A stretch of 64,000 bases of DNA. It comes from a virus. Location of the stretch: positions 32,001 to 96,000 of IMG/VR virus record IMGVR_UViG_3300031414_000009. One strand, 5' to 3'. This document shows positions 1 through 8,837 of this stretch, piece after piece. The notes under the pieces were generated by a model. The model ran no database searches. It was given only the letters and a program-made list of their open reading frames with translations, and had not been told where the DNA came from. A program made the position numbers and the translations under genes. The stretch's first letter is position 1, and every line of letters starts with the position of its first letter.

Positions 1-30
1 TCCGGCAGAATAAAGAGTGATGGTGGTCAT
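1..30 (-). CDS. 5' end of a gene running off the window (MTTITLYSAG...)
   Basis: ATG at 30 preceded by an AAGGAA SD; frame open to the window edge. Confidence 0.6.
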   Translation of the reverse strand, partial: MTTITLYSAG

Positions 31-39
31 TGCGTTTCC

Positions 40-393
40 TTATGGTTTAAATATTGAGTTACGGTAATCTTCGATGAATTTATCACCAGTCACCATATTG
101 ATAACTGCCATACCGGGGTCTTCGGTGAGGTTATCCCTTCCCACGAAACGACTGTATGTTTCTGGTGCATTGACAACCGACCAGCCATAACGATAGTTGT
201 GTTTGATAAACGAGAGTGCGCGTTTGTTGTATGTATATACAGGACGCAGTTCCCACAATCCATCCAGATAGCGAACTGTCTTATGTTCGCCTTTAGGATA
301 TACCGTATACTCCTTTGGATAGCCCATCAGCGCGTCAATGGCATGCATGTAAGCTAATCGTACCAGGTACTCGAATCTCTCGTTAAAGCGCAT
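40..393 (-). CDS. hypothetical protein
   Basis: 117-aa ORF with SD, packed in the minus-strand operon. Confidence 0.7.
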   Translation of the reverse strand: MRFNERFEYLVRLAYMHAIDALMGYPKEYTVYPKGEHKTVRYLDGLWELRPVYTYNKRALSFIKHNYRYGWSVVNAPETYSRFVGRDNLTEDPGMAVINMVTGDKFIEDYRNSIFKP

Positions 394-402
394 TTGATGT
401 CC

Positions 403-693
403 CTAATATAAGTTCTCACTTTGGAGACCGAAGTCCAATAGAGGTTCGTCCCGCCAAAGCCCCAATTGCCCTGCCTCTTTAGCTACCACTGCGGCTTCTT
501 CCCTGTTCAACCATTGTCGTTGATTACAGATGAATCCCTCTTCCATGGGTTCAGTGATATCGCTATCGACAATACCAGCTGCATCCATCTGTGCTCGCAT
601 GATATCGTCAAAGTGACGGACGCCAACATAGATGACGCCCTTCCACCGTACCGCAGCAGCAACTACTACTCTGCACCTCGGTTTACTTGACAA
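403..693 (-). CDS. conserved small phage protein (AA..RH..GF..REEA..SENLY family)
   Basis: Motifs VVAAAVR, GVRHFD, EGFIC, LNREEA, LQSENLY recalled from a widespread uncharacterised phage family; TTG start overlaps upstream gene end. Confidence 0.7.
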   Translation of the reverse strand: MSSKPRCRVVVAAAVRWKGVIYVGVRHFDDIMRAQMDAAGIVDSDITEPMEEGFICNQRQWLNREEAAVVAKEAGQLGLWRDEPLLDFGLQSENLY

Positions 694-1840
694 ACTTTTT
701 CAACTCCTCATTCAGTTTGGACATCAGTGCTACATCGTTAGTGATTGCAGCGTTAGCGCTGTTGATTGAAATCTGAGCAACGGAGATCTGCGCCTGGTTC
801 ATGGCAATACGACCCAGACATTCACCCAGCTGTTTCTGGATTTCAGCCAGAGGTAATGCCCCATCCTCCGCAACAGTGTACGGTCCGTCTTTGAACTGTG
901 CCAGTAACTCTTCGTTACTCAGACCGGACGTATTGTCACGAGTCGGAATGTCATCAGGAGTATGCTCGTGTGACTCCGGTGCAGTCTCCTGAGCGAGTGT
1001 TTCCTTCCTGACAGCAAACTCTACCATGTTTGGTGCAGTAGGCTTAGAACTCGCTACAGAGGCCGGACGGGACGGTATTGCTTTGGCTGGCTCAGGAGCC
1101 AGTTTGATCTTACCCTTTAATGCTGACAACTGATCTGCCAGTGCATTGTTGGGTAACGCACTTTTATCTTCCCAGGTAAAATGCTCTTTACCGAGATATT
1201 GGTTATGCACCAACACCATAACACCAGGAGAGCGACGAGGTAGTCCCGCAGCATCCACGTAGCTGTAGTTAATGGAGGTCTTATGCAGAAGCTCGACCAG
1301 GTATTTCTGTTGCTCCGGCTCAAGGTAATCAAAGCGTGGGCAGACACGAGTCAGTTCACTAATGGTCGCACCGAAGTTACGACTGTCCACAGTGCCCATG
1401 ATCTCTACCGCTTCAACGTGCAGCGATGGATCTACTTTGGTTAGTTCGTCTTTGTACTTATTGACATTTAAAACCTGTGGCTTCTCACGGTTATTTTGAA
1501 TGGTCGGAACACGCTCGTCTTTCTTCTCCTCTGGAGATTCTTTGGTGCGTGGATCAAACACCACATCACTAGTGTAGAAGTCATGCTTGTTTGAATCCGC
1601 TGGGATTTCTTCAAGGTTAGTGATGAGAATGAAGTTGTCATCTTCACCACTACGGAACTGTAGTACTGTTCCTGTTTGACGGGTATACTCCATCAGATCA
1701 TCAAAGTCACTTGCTGATAGTAGCGAAATGCGCTGAGTGGTTTCACGCAGATGTGAGAACGACACACCGAATTTAGAGTTGCGCAGGATAGATTTCAGTT
1801 CACGGTTTGCAGAGTACAGGGTGGTAGCTAATTTACGCAT
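683..1840 (-). CDS. hypothetical protein with two repeated winged-helix-like units and a C-terminal coiled coil
   Basis: ATG 1840 with AAGGA SD; internal repeat SKFGVSFSHL / RNFGATISEL; heptad-rich C terminus. Confidence 0.7.
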   Translation of the reverse strand: MRKLATTLYSANRELKSILRNSKFGVSFSHLRETTQRISLLSASDFDDLMEYTRQTGTVLQFRSGEDDNFILITNLEEIPADSNKHDFYTSDVVFDPRTKESPEEKKDERVPTIQNNREKPQVLNVNKYKDELTKVDPSLHVEAVEIMGTVDSRNFGATISELTRVCPRFDYLEPEQQKYLVELLHKTSINYSYVDAAGLPRRSPGVMVLVHNQYLGKEHFTWEDKSALPNNALADQLSALKGKIKLAPEPAKAIPSRPASVASSKPTAPNMVEFAVRKETLAQETAPESHEHTPDDIPTRDNTSGLSNEELLAQFKDGPYTVAEDGALPLAEIQKQLGECLGRIAMNQAQISVAQISINSANAAITNDVALMSKLNEELKKFVK

Positions 1841-1903
1841 TGGGTATTCCTTTTTAAAATAAGATAAGAGAAAGAATGGGTGGGTGTTACCCACCCGATT
1901 GAC

Positions 1904-2080
1904 TTACGCTACTGGAGTATCGCCGACAACAGCATCCGCTACTGTTGCTGCCGTTTCTTCACTGGTGACGTAACGCAGACCCCAGTATACGATCCCGGCA
2001 ATCACTGCAACGCCTACAGCCACCGCTGCAACCTGTGCCACTTTCTTACCAGTAGATTCATTAGTTTGAGTAGTTTCCAT
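1904..2080 (-). CDS. small single-pass membrane protein, early; paralog of 52431-52622
   Basis: ATG 2080 with AAGGA SD; TM segment VAAVAVGVAVIAGIVYW; first gene after an early promoter. Confidence 0.75.
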   Translation of the reverse strand: METTQTNESTGKKVAQVAAVAVGVAVIAGIVYWGLRYVTSEETAATVADAVVGDTPVA

Positions 2081-2143
2081 TTTTAATTCCTTATGTCGAG
2101 TGAGATAGTTATTTGCCAAAAATGATTATTGCCACTTTGCACT

Positions 2144-2167
2144 GGAGTATTATGTATTTAAAAATTT
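2144..2167 (-). promoter_or_regulatory. putative early (virion RNAP) promoter
   Basis: AAATTTTTAAATACATAATACTCC matches the 8-copy motif; resembles phiKZ early TATATTAC promoters. Confidence 0.65.
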
Positions 2168-2174
2168 GTTGAGA

Positions 2175-2216
2175 CGGCATAAAAGCTAGGGCCTAAACCC
2201 TAGCTTGTTTTATGTC
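2175..2216. terminator. bidirectional intrinsic terminator after phoH
   Basis: 9-bp stem AAGCTAGGG/CCCTAGCTT with TTTTATG on both sides. Confidence 0.8.
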
Positions 2217-2222
2217 CCGATT

Positions 2223-3005
2223 TTATTTATACGCAGCAAGAGCCATCTGGCAGATATGACTACGCACGCAGTCTTCTTCCAGGAACTCAACCTTACCGAC
2301 GTACTCGTTGCTATCGAAGCGATTCAACGCATCGCCCAGACCAGATGTCACGTTACCTGGCAGGTCGCACTGCTCTACGTCACCGTTTACAACAACTGTG
2401 CAGTTCTCACCAACGCGAGTAAGGAACAGTTTCATCTGGTTGCTGGTAACGTTCTGCGCTTCATCGAGTATAACGAAGGCATCTTTGAACGTACAGCCAC
2501 GCATGTATGCAAATGGTGCGATAACGACTTTACCGATTTCCGGACGCAGGCAATATTCAAGGAAGCTTGCCCCCAGTCTTTCCAACAGCACTTCGTACAC
2601 CGGCTTAAAGAACGGTGCGAACTTCTCGCTTACATCTCCCGGTAAGAAGCCCAACTCTTCATCGGTTGTCAACACAGGACGCGTGACGACGATGCGGGCA
2701 ACTTCTTTGTTCAACAGTGCATCAGCTGCTTTGGTTGCAGCAATGTACGTTTTACCGGACCCGGCTGGTCCATATCCAAAGATCAGATCCTTTGTATCCA
2801 GCGCAAGGATGTAGTGTCCCTGTGCTTCGTTTTTGGCTTCTAAAGGACGCGTGTTACGCCCAACAGCCATGCCTATCTGCTCTACAGGTTGGTTGTTATC
2901 AAACTGCTGAACATTGCGACGACGACTACCATTCCGCTTGCCACTCTGCTTATCTGCGCGGCGCGCTTCGTGCTTAACCTGGTTAGCAAATTTCTGTCGA
3001 CCCAT
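2223..3005 (-). CDS. phoH: PhoH-family ATPase
   Basis: GPAGSGKT Walker A, VTRP, LGFLPGD, YMRG, ILDEAQN, NGDVEQCD, VRS motifs. Confidence 0.95.
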   Translation of the reverse strand: MGRQKFANQVKHEARRADKQSGKRNGSRRRNVQQFDNNQPVEQIGMAVGRNTRPLEAKNEAQGHYILALDTKDLIFGYGPAGSGKTYIAATKAADALLNKEVARIVVTRPVLTTDEELGFLPGDVSEKFAPFFKPVYEVLLERLGASFLEYCLRPEIGKVVIAPFAYMRGCTFKDAFVILDEAQNVTSNQMKLFLTRVGENCTVVVNGDVEQCDLPGNVTSGLGDALNRFDSNEYVGKVEFLEEDCVRSHICQMALAAYK

Positions 3006-3181
3006 AGGTAGGTTCCTTACTGGATGTACCTTAACTATCGAAGCCTAAGGCATCGGGAGTGTTGTTCGAGAGCAAGTAGTAAAACATGTTTTCGAACGAC
3101 GAGTTTCGGGACAGTAAAAAGATGACCTAAAGTTATCTCTAAGTCATCACCTTGTTCGTCATTTACGAACATCGCACATCA

Positions 3182-4915
3182 TTAGTTAAGACCGACGATC
3201 TTAATTGCTTCCGTGATCTCACCCAGCGGTACGGAGACAGCGTTGTACGACTTAGGGCTTGTCTGTGAGAGCATTAAGATAGATGGGTAGACACGCATAC
3301 CAGTCGGAACAGGACGAGCTTCTAACCAATGTGACCCCGCCCATTCCGCTATCGCGTCGTCATGTCCCTGTGCGGTATTGACGATATAGACGCCTGCACG
3401 AACTTCGATAAACTGAACGCGCTTTTCATCAGAACGAATCTTTACGTTTTCAGTAGGCAGGTACTGGCGAATGTGCGCGGCGCTCATCGGGTATGCCTTA
3501 AGATAATAATCGGTTAACTCTTTCCAGTTGGATACCTCACCGATAATTTCACTGTAGGTCGCGACGTACTGCATTGCTGCTAGCGTAGCCTGCTTAGGGT
3601 AGCCTTGGGAGGCCACACCAGTTAAGACTCTCAGGATCTCTTCTGGGAGCTTCAGCTGGGTAGTCGGGTCCGTCTTAGTCTGGACCATTGCCTCAATCAA
3701 CCGCAGGCGTTTTTCTTCAGCCCATTGCTGAGCATCCACCGGGAAGAAATGCTTCACCCCATCGTTTTCGTAAATGACTGGGTTAGCCAGCGGTGTCAGG
3801 ACGTGGGACTGCTTACCTAACCATTTAATGGTCGTGCCAGTTTCCATCCAGAACGTAGCATATGGGTTAGGTGTGAGCGTGTACTCAACCATACCCAACT
3901 CGAATCCATCCTCTGTGCGACGCCGAGTCACACGGATATCGCGATATGCTTCACCCTTGGCATTCCATTCAGATTCGACGAACGCCTGGATAGGAACAAT
4001 CGCTAATCCATTAGCCAGTCGAGTCAGGTTACGTCTGTAGGCAGCCACGTCGCCGACTTGTCGTGCGCTAACCGGGATGCTAGCCATATGTGAACCAACT
4101 TCAGCGTAGGTGCTGGCGTATTGACTAGCACTGATTCCTTTACCGCTTAAAAACGCGAGCAGTGCTTCCACGTCTGTGCGCGCGTGGCGCTTCAGGATAC
4201 CGTCGTGCATCGCCAACCGAATTTCGCAATCCATAGACCAATTCGACTGCATGTTCTCAGTTACAAACTTTGGTGAGGTCAGTAACATATCGAGATGCCA
4301 CAGTTTAATGGCTAGGTCGTGCAGTGATGCAATGCGAGTAAAGTCGTCGTGCGTTTTGACATCCTGGTTCCACGGTTGGTTCATTAACCAGACGTTTTCA
4401 GGAAGATCGTGTTTAGCGTCCCAGCGAGGACGATCGTCTACCAGTGTAAAGTTACCTTCACCGAATATTTCAGTCAGGTGCTCTACTTTATCGCCAGCTT
4501 TGGCCGGGTCTAAGATGATAACAAAGTCGGGTCTCCATGACAGCTCGGCGAACGCCACTTCAGATAAAGCAGCCGCGTCCGGGTGGAAGCCACGATGCGT
4601 GCAAATGCCGACACTAGAGCCATGTTTCTTCAATCGTTCCACAGTCTGGTTGAAACGATCGTTACCTTCACGCACACGACGTTCGGTCATGAACAACCCT
4701 TCAGCCAGCACCACGTCTAAGCCACCGTTAGTGTTAGCTGTGGTCAGATAAACGCCCTCAGGGGGTAATGGGTAGCCTTTTTCGGCAACGCGGCGACGCA
4801 GGGACAGGAATGTGTCATTCAGAGTGTCGTCCCAATCCAGAGCGACAAAGTCCAACATGCGAGGACTGGTAAAGGTTAAATCTTTAACGAAAGATGGTTC
4901 TTCGATATTGTACAC
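3182..4915 (-). CDS. HAD-family (5'/3'-nucleotidase-like) phosphatase fused to an unknown C-terminal domain
   Basis: LDWDDTL motif I, THR motif II, K, LVDDRP motif IV, QPWN; likely GTG start 4915 after AAGGA SD. Confidence 0.75.
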   Translation of the reverse strand: MYNIEEPSFVKDLTFTSPRMLDFVALDWDDTLNDTFLSLRRRVAEKGYPLPPEGVYLTTANTNGGLDVVLAEGLFMTERRVREGNDRFNQTVERLKKHGSSVGICTHRGFHPDAAALSEVAFAELSWRPDFVIILDPAKAGDKVEHLTEIFGEGNFTLVDDRPRWDAKHDLPENVWLMNQPWNQDVKTHDDFTRIASLHDLAIKLWHLDMLLTSPKFVTENMQSNWSMDCEIRLAMHDGILKRHARTDVEALLAFLSGKGISASQYASTYAEVGSHMASIPVSARQVGDVAAYRRNLTRLANGLAIVPIQAFVESEWNAKGEAYRDIRVTRRRTEDGFELGMVEYTLTPNPYATFWMETGTTIKWLGKQSHVLTPLANPVIYENDGVKHFFPVDAQQWAEEKRLRLIEAMVQTKTDPTTQLKLPEEILRVLTGVASQGYPKQATLAAMQYVATYSEIIGEVSNWKELTDYYLKAYPMSAAHIRQYLPTENVKIRSDEKRVQFIEVRAGVYIVNTAQGHDDAIAEWAGSHWLEARPVPTGMRVYPSILMLSQTSPKSYNAVSVPLGEITEAIKIVGLN

Positions 4916-4916
4916 G

Positions 4917-5552
4917 TTACAGTCCTTCTGGAATAAAGTTGATAGAGTGAAGTTCCTGAACCCACTCAGGTCGCGAGCTATCGGTGTCACCACCAAACTT
5001 CAGAACGATGCGGTCATTTTCCTGTAGCCAGTACTTATTGTTCAACCACAGCAATACGTTCTCGTCGTTGATAATAACGCGATCGATGATGTTGTAGTTA
5101 ACGCGAATAGGCTCACTGATTGATACGGTGTTTGGATCAATGTCTAACTTACCGAGCGGAGAGAGTATTCTCCCCAGCTTATTAACCAAAGAGATGACGC
5201 CGATTGTGCCAACCAGTTCAACAGTCTTTGGTATAAGTCGGAATTTAACACGGATGCGGGAATCTTTCTTACTGAAGAGTATCGCACAACGATCATACGA
5301 GATCTGTTGGCCGAATTCAGATCCAACCAACTTGAACGGTTTCTGGGGCTTGAACACCAAACCGTGCCGGTTGTTATTCGACGTCGTGTAGAGACCAACG
5401 ATCAACGCGAGTCTCAGTGCAGCGATCTCTTCCGTAGACAGAGTAACCTCAACATCCTGTATCTTCACTCTGAAGAACGCTTCTACTACAAGTCCATGTT
5501 CCTGTGCATAGTCGAGCATATGCAAATAAGCAGGCTTAGCTAAATCTACCAT
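4917..5552 (-). CDS. hypothetical protein
   Basis: 211-aa ORF with SD, operon-packed. Confidence 0.7.
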   Translation of the reverse strand: MVDLAKPAYLHMLDYAQEHGLVVEAFFRVKIQDVEVTLSTEEIAALRLALIVGLYTTSNNNRHGLVFKPQKPFKLVGSEFGQQISYDRCAILFSKKDSRIRVKFRLIPKTVELVGTIGVISLVNKLGRILSPLGKLDIDPNTVSISEPIRVNYNIIDRVIINDENVLLWLNNKYWLQENDRIVLKFGGDTDSSRPEWVQELHSINFIPEGL

Positions 5553-5569
5553 TTAATAAGCACCTTCGT

Positions 5570-6151
5570 TTATTTATAGACGCCGGAAATGTGATGTTTC
5601 CGACAGACAGAAACGTAGCGATCGTTGCCGCCAATAACGACCTGTTCACCACTACGCGATACATTACCTTCATCGTCGATGCGCAGCACCATAGTTGCTT
5701 TGCGACCACAATGACAGATGGTTTTGATTTCTTCGAGTTTGTCAGCAATAGCTAACAGACGATGACTGCCCGGGAACAACTCACCCTGGAAGTCAGTACG
5801 CAGGCCATAACACATGACTGGGATATCAAGCATGTCGACGATGTCGGACAACTGATCTACTTGGTCGCGTGTGAGGAACTGAGCTTCATCTACCATCACA
5901 CATGCAACCCGACGTGTGTCGTTAGCATGAACTACCTGCTGGAATAGGTTAGAGTGCGGCAACACGGTCAGTGCATCGTGGGTCAGTCCAATGCGTGATA
6001 CAGCCTCAGGCTTCACTGTCTCACGAGTATCGATTGCTGGCTTGAAGATGATGACGCGCATTCCGCGTTCTTCGTAGTTGTAAGCAGCCTGAATAAGTGC
6101 GGTGGTTTTCCCGCTGTTCATTTGACCATATTTAAAGTAAAGGCTAGACAT
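5570..6151 (-). CDS. tdk: thymidine kinase
   Basis: [30 protein letters not shown], Zn motifs CHCG and SVCRKH. Confidence 0.97.
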   Translation of the reverse strand: MSSLYFKYGQMNSGKTTALIQAAYNYEERGMRVIIFKPAIDTRETVKPEAVSRIGLTHDALTVLPHSNLFQQVVHANDTRRVACVMVDEAQFLTRDQVDQLSDIVDMLDIPVMCYGLRTDFQGELFPGSHRLLAIADKLEEIKTICHCGRKATMVLRIDDEGNVSRSGEQVVIGGNDRYVSVCRKHHISGVYK

Positions 6152-6187
6152 AAGCTATTCTCTTTGGTGGTTTTCTAAAAGATTCAA

Positions 6188-6230
6188 CGGCATAATAAAA
6201 ATTTACCAGGGGGTTAGCCCTGGTAAACTT
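6188..6230 (-). terminator. intrinsic terminator
   Basis: 10-bp stem TTTACCAGGG/CCCTGGTAAA, then T tract and TATGCCG. Confidence 0.75.
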
Positions 6231-6231
6231 G

Positions 6232-6708
6232 TTAGTCGCACGGCTTCCAGTATTCGTCCGTAAAATACAACTCCGAGGGGAGTTTCTTATCCGTGAGTAG
6301 TTTCTGCACCTGAACACGAACACGTTCCAGTTGAGCCATGCCCTCATCATCCTTACCTTCGACATAAAGGATAGACATATGGGGAGCATAGTTATCAAAG
6401 CTGTAGCTAAAGCCGGCTTCAATTAACTCAAAGTGACGTTTCATGATTTTATCAGATGAGAGTAATAACACTACCGCTTTGCCAAGCACCGCCACACCCA
6501 TCACGTTAGCATGATAAATTTCAGGTGGTATCTCAACATCGTCTGTGGTCTTGTTATTACGTTCATCGTACATCAGGGTACAGTGGAGCTTCTCAATTGG
6601 GATAAGTGACAAACCTTTCGGTAAGTCAAGATCACGAATCGCTTTCAGCACGTTGTTGTGCGGATTGATAATCGGTTTAAGTGCCGAATATCCGATCTTC
6701 GTACCCAT
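6232..6708 (-). CDS. acb1: anti-CBASS 2H phosphodiesterase, Acb1 (T4 gp57B)-like
   Basis: Two 2H motifs EKLHCTLMY and YAPHMSILY plus KRH and EYWKP, colinear with T4 57B (EKIHSTICY, YTPHITLSY, EYKEP). Confidence 0.85.
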   Translation of the reverse strand: MGTKIGYSALKPIINPHNNVLKAIRDLDLPKGLSLIPIEKLHCTLMYDERNNKTTDDVEIPPEIYHANVMGVAVLGKAVVLLLSSDKIMKRHFELIEAGFSYSFDNYAPHMSILYVEGKDDEGMAQLERVRVQVQKLLTDKKLPSELYFTDEYWKPCD

Positions 6709-6737
6709 TGTCATTCCTCTGCAATAAAAGCATAGAA

Positions 6738-6935
6738 TTAGCGACGCTTGCAGCAATACTGACAAGACGACAGAAACAGGTACACCATGATCGGCAACCA
6801 GCCCGTTGCCAACACAACACGTTTAATGGTAATCCAACCATCGTCATTATTGTATTTCTGCTTTGCGCAGTGTTTCTCTAACTTACGGTCGATAAGTAAA
6901 GCCACCAAAAGGTATATAGCTAATCCATAGTACAT
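6738..6935 (-). CDS. small membrane protein
   Basis: 65 aa with two hydrophobic segments. Confidence 0.55.
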   Translation of the reverse strand: MYYGLAIYLLVALLIDRKLEKHCAKQKYNNDDGWITIKRVVLATGWLPIMVYLFLSSCQYCCKRR

Positions 6936-6944
6936 ACGACCACC

Positions 6945-6992
6945 AAAAAAAAAAAGAACAGCGAGGAGTAGGGAGCCTTTTGGCTCCCTACG
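6945..6992 (-). terminator. hairpin with displaced T tract
   Basis: Stem GTAGGGAGCC/GGCTCCCTAC; long T run about 12 nt downstream on the minus strand. Confidence 0.7.
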
Positions 6993-6994
6993 GG

Positions 6995-7342
6995 TTAGAT
7001 GGCTTCGGTGATATCTCCGCCACCCGTCAGCTCGCGATAAGCGCGAGCAATCTCGATACCATCTTCAGTCACCTGGAAGTTAGCACGAGACAGACCGTGG
7101 TCAGAGAGTACTTCCGTGCGTGAAACCAACGGTTTAAACAGACCGAGTCCCAGCCAGGTCACGATCAGTACTTTATTGTCGGTGTAGTCAGGGATATCCT
7201 GACCCATATCGATTTTAAAGTCCGCAATGAACTTGCCATCCGCACGGGTAACTTTTACCTGCATCGCATCTTGCCCGCTGTCGCCAATGACAGTGTCACG
7301 AGTAATAACGATGTCGGCAATTTGTTTAACGTGTTCGGTCAT
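6995..7342 (-). CDS. hypothetical protein
   Basis: 115-aa ORF, AAGGA SD. Confidence 0.7.
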   Translation of the reverse strand: MTEHVKQIADIVITRDTVIGDSGQDAMQVKVTRADGKFIADFKIDMGQDIPDYTDNKVLIVTWLGLGLFKPLVSRTEVLSDHGLSRANFQVTEDGIEIARAYRELTGGGDITEAI

Positions 7343-7351
7343 AATGATTCC

Positions 7352-7960
7352 TTATTCAATATAGCCAGTGTAACCGGCGAGTTTGACATTAACAAAGTTT
7401 ACCTTAGTGTCGTATATAACAGTAAGGTGTTTATTGGTGCCGTTTTCCATAGTGGCGATCGCGTTCCAGTGATTGGGGCTAACCTCTTCAATGAGATTGA
7501 CCTTCACACAACCTGGAGCATCAACGCCGTCAGCTTTCTTGGTTAACCCAGTTACAGTCTGACAGGCTGTGTCCGCAATACCCGCTTTGTCTACCTTCAG
7601 TTGATTATAGCTCAGCAAAACGACACTGAAAACTAACGCTGCCATTGAGACATGGAAGACCTGGTGATGTCGCCCAGTCAGGTTGTCACGCTTCCACGCA
7701 TAGACTGGTATAAACAAGAACCATATCCAGTGCGGTGGTGTGTGTCCTGCCTTACGGAGCACCATGCGATCCATCATGAACAAAACAATAGCCAACCCGG
7801 TTGAACCTAGGGTCAACAGAGTATCTATGGCTAACCCGAACGAGGGAAGTATTGTGTGAATTGTCCCTAAGGCAATCAACACGTAAATATATTCCTTTGT
7901 CACGTACGGTTTTCTGAGCGATTTGTGCAGATGATCGCCGTCAAAGTCAGCGCCTAACAT
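7352..7960 (-). CDS. multi-pass membrane protein with N-terminal GADFDGD motif
   Basis: 3-4 TM segments, IPVYAWKR motif, C-terminal Cys pair; begins MLGADFDGDHLH; AAGGAA SD. Confidence 0.75.
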   Translation of the reverse strand: MLGADFDGDHLHKSLRKPYVTKEYIYVLIALGTIHTILPSFGLAIDTLLTLGSTGLAIVLFMMDRMVLRKAGHTPPHWIWFLFIPVYAWKRDNLTGRHHQVFHVSMAALVFSVVLLSYNQLKVDKAGIADTACQTVTGLTKKADGVDAPGCVKVNLIEEVSPNHWNAIATMENGTNKHLTVIYDTKVNFVNVKLAGYTGYIE

Positions 7961-7992
7961 ATATTCTGGTTCCTTTATTTTAAAATACTAAC

Positions 7993-8020
7993 CGGCATAA
8001 AACCCTCCTCGAAAGGAGGG
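7993..8020 (-). terminator. intrinsic terminator
   Basis: CCCTCCT-TTCG-AGGAGGG followed by TTTTATGCCG. Confidence 0.8.
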
Positions 8021-8027
8021 CTGGTAT

Positions 8028-8420
8028 TTAAAGTACGGCGCTAACGTCTTCACCACGCCCAAGGACTAGGTGTCGAACGCGCTTTGATTCGAACTCACGA
8101 ATGTCGCGAAGATCCGAATTGAACGTCGCCATATTTGTGGCAACTTGTTCATCTGAAAGCCCTTCCGCTTTCTGACGTTCAGCGTATTCACCCATCGCCA
8201 CCGTAGCAGGATACACAACTTTTACGTTGAGTTTAGCTGCCACGATTTCTTTGAGTACGCTCAGCTTGAGAGGTGCGCAGATATACTGCACGCCTTCGGG
8301 TGCTTCCGCTACACTGTCGATCTGGAATTCGTCTTTCCATTCCACAGTGCTTGGGTCTTCAGCCTGTTCTGTCCATGCCTTTAGCCCAACACCCGGATAA
8401 CCTAATACGATTTCAGCCAT
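8028..8420 (-). CDS. degenerate P-loop (NMP-kinase-like) protein
   Basis: IVLGYPGVGLK (Walker A Lys position is Leu), VVYP..EY.ER; TGATG coupling to the upstream gene. Confidence 0.6.
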   Translation of the reverse strand: MAEIVLGYPGVGLKAWTEQAEDPSTVEWKDEFQIDSVAEAPEGVQYICAPLKLSVLKEIVAAKLNVKVVYPATVAMGEYAERQKAEGLSDEQVATNMATFNSDLRDIREFESKRVRHLVLGRGEDVSAVL

Positions 8421-8641
8421 CACGAAGTCCCGATCGTTGCTCGGCTCTGATACTGAACCAACCACTCGCCTATCTTACCAAGGTAACGTGACTCGTCACT
8501 GGGTAATGAAAGAATGGCTGTTTCATCATTGCCGAACTTGAGTGTTAAATCAGTGGCGTCCTTGGTCTTGTCGTATGTGGCATCTGCCGATACAAGGTCT
8601 CTTAACGCCAGGCGAGTATGTCGCCGTCCCGACTTATCCAT
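8420..8641 (-). CDS. hypothetical protein
   Basis: 73-aa ORF, operon-packed. Confidence 0.6.
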   Translation of the reverse strand: MDKSGRRHTRLALRDLVSADATYDKTKDATDLTLKFGNDETAILSLPSDESRYLGKIGEWLVQYQSRATIGTS

Positions 8642-8654
8642 TGACGCCCCCTAA

Positions 8655-8837
8655 TTAGATTTTGCAGCCATCGCCACAGTCGTTATCGCCGGCTGCTACT
8701 TCGATCGCTTCACCGCCGCCAGAACGCATCTGATCGACTTTGGCTTCCGATGCTTCGAAATCCAGATTACCCAGCGCGGCATCCATATCGAAAGAACCGT
8801 CCGAAGCTTTAGCCAGGATATCGTCTACCTTACTCAT
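8655..8837 (-). CDS. small acidic protein ending in an NrdA-like redox tail (DNDCGDGCKI)
   Basis: 60 aa, AAGGA SD; C terminus resembles the class Ia RNR alpha tail (E. coli DDGCESGACKI). Confidence 0.7.
   Translation of the reverse strand: MSKVDDILAKASDGSFDMDAALGNLDFEASEAKVDQMRSGGGEAIEVAAGDNDCGDGCKI

Noticed and set aside
1-30. MTTI start as a sixth proteasome-beta paralog
   Set aside because: Only 10 codons are visible, too few to support the call
4915-4996. 80-nt overlap between the HAD gene and its upstream gene
   Set aside because: A GTG at 4915 with AAGGA SD removes the overlap
8655-8837. nrdA pseudogene remnant
   Set aside because: Neighbouring ORFs show no RNR similarity and the ORF has its own SD and start
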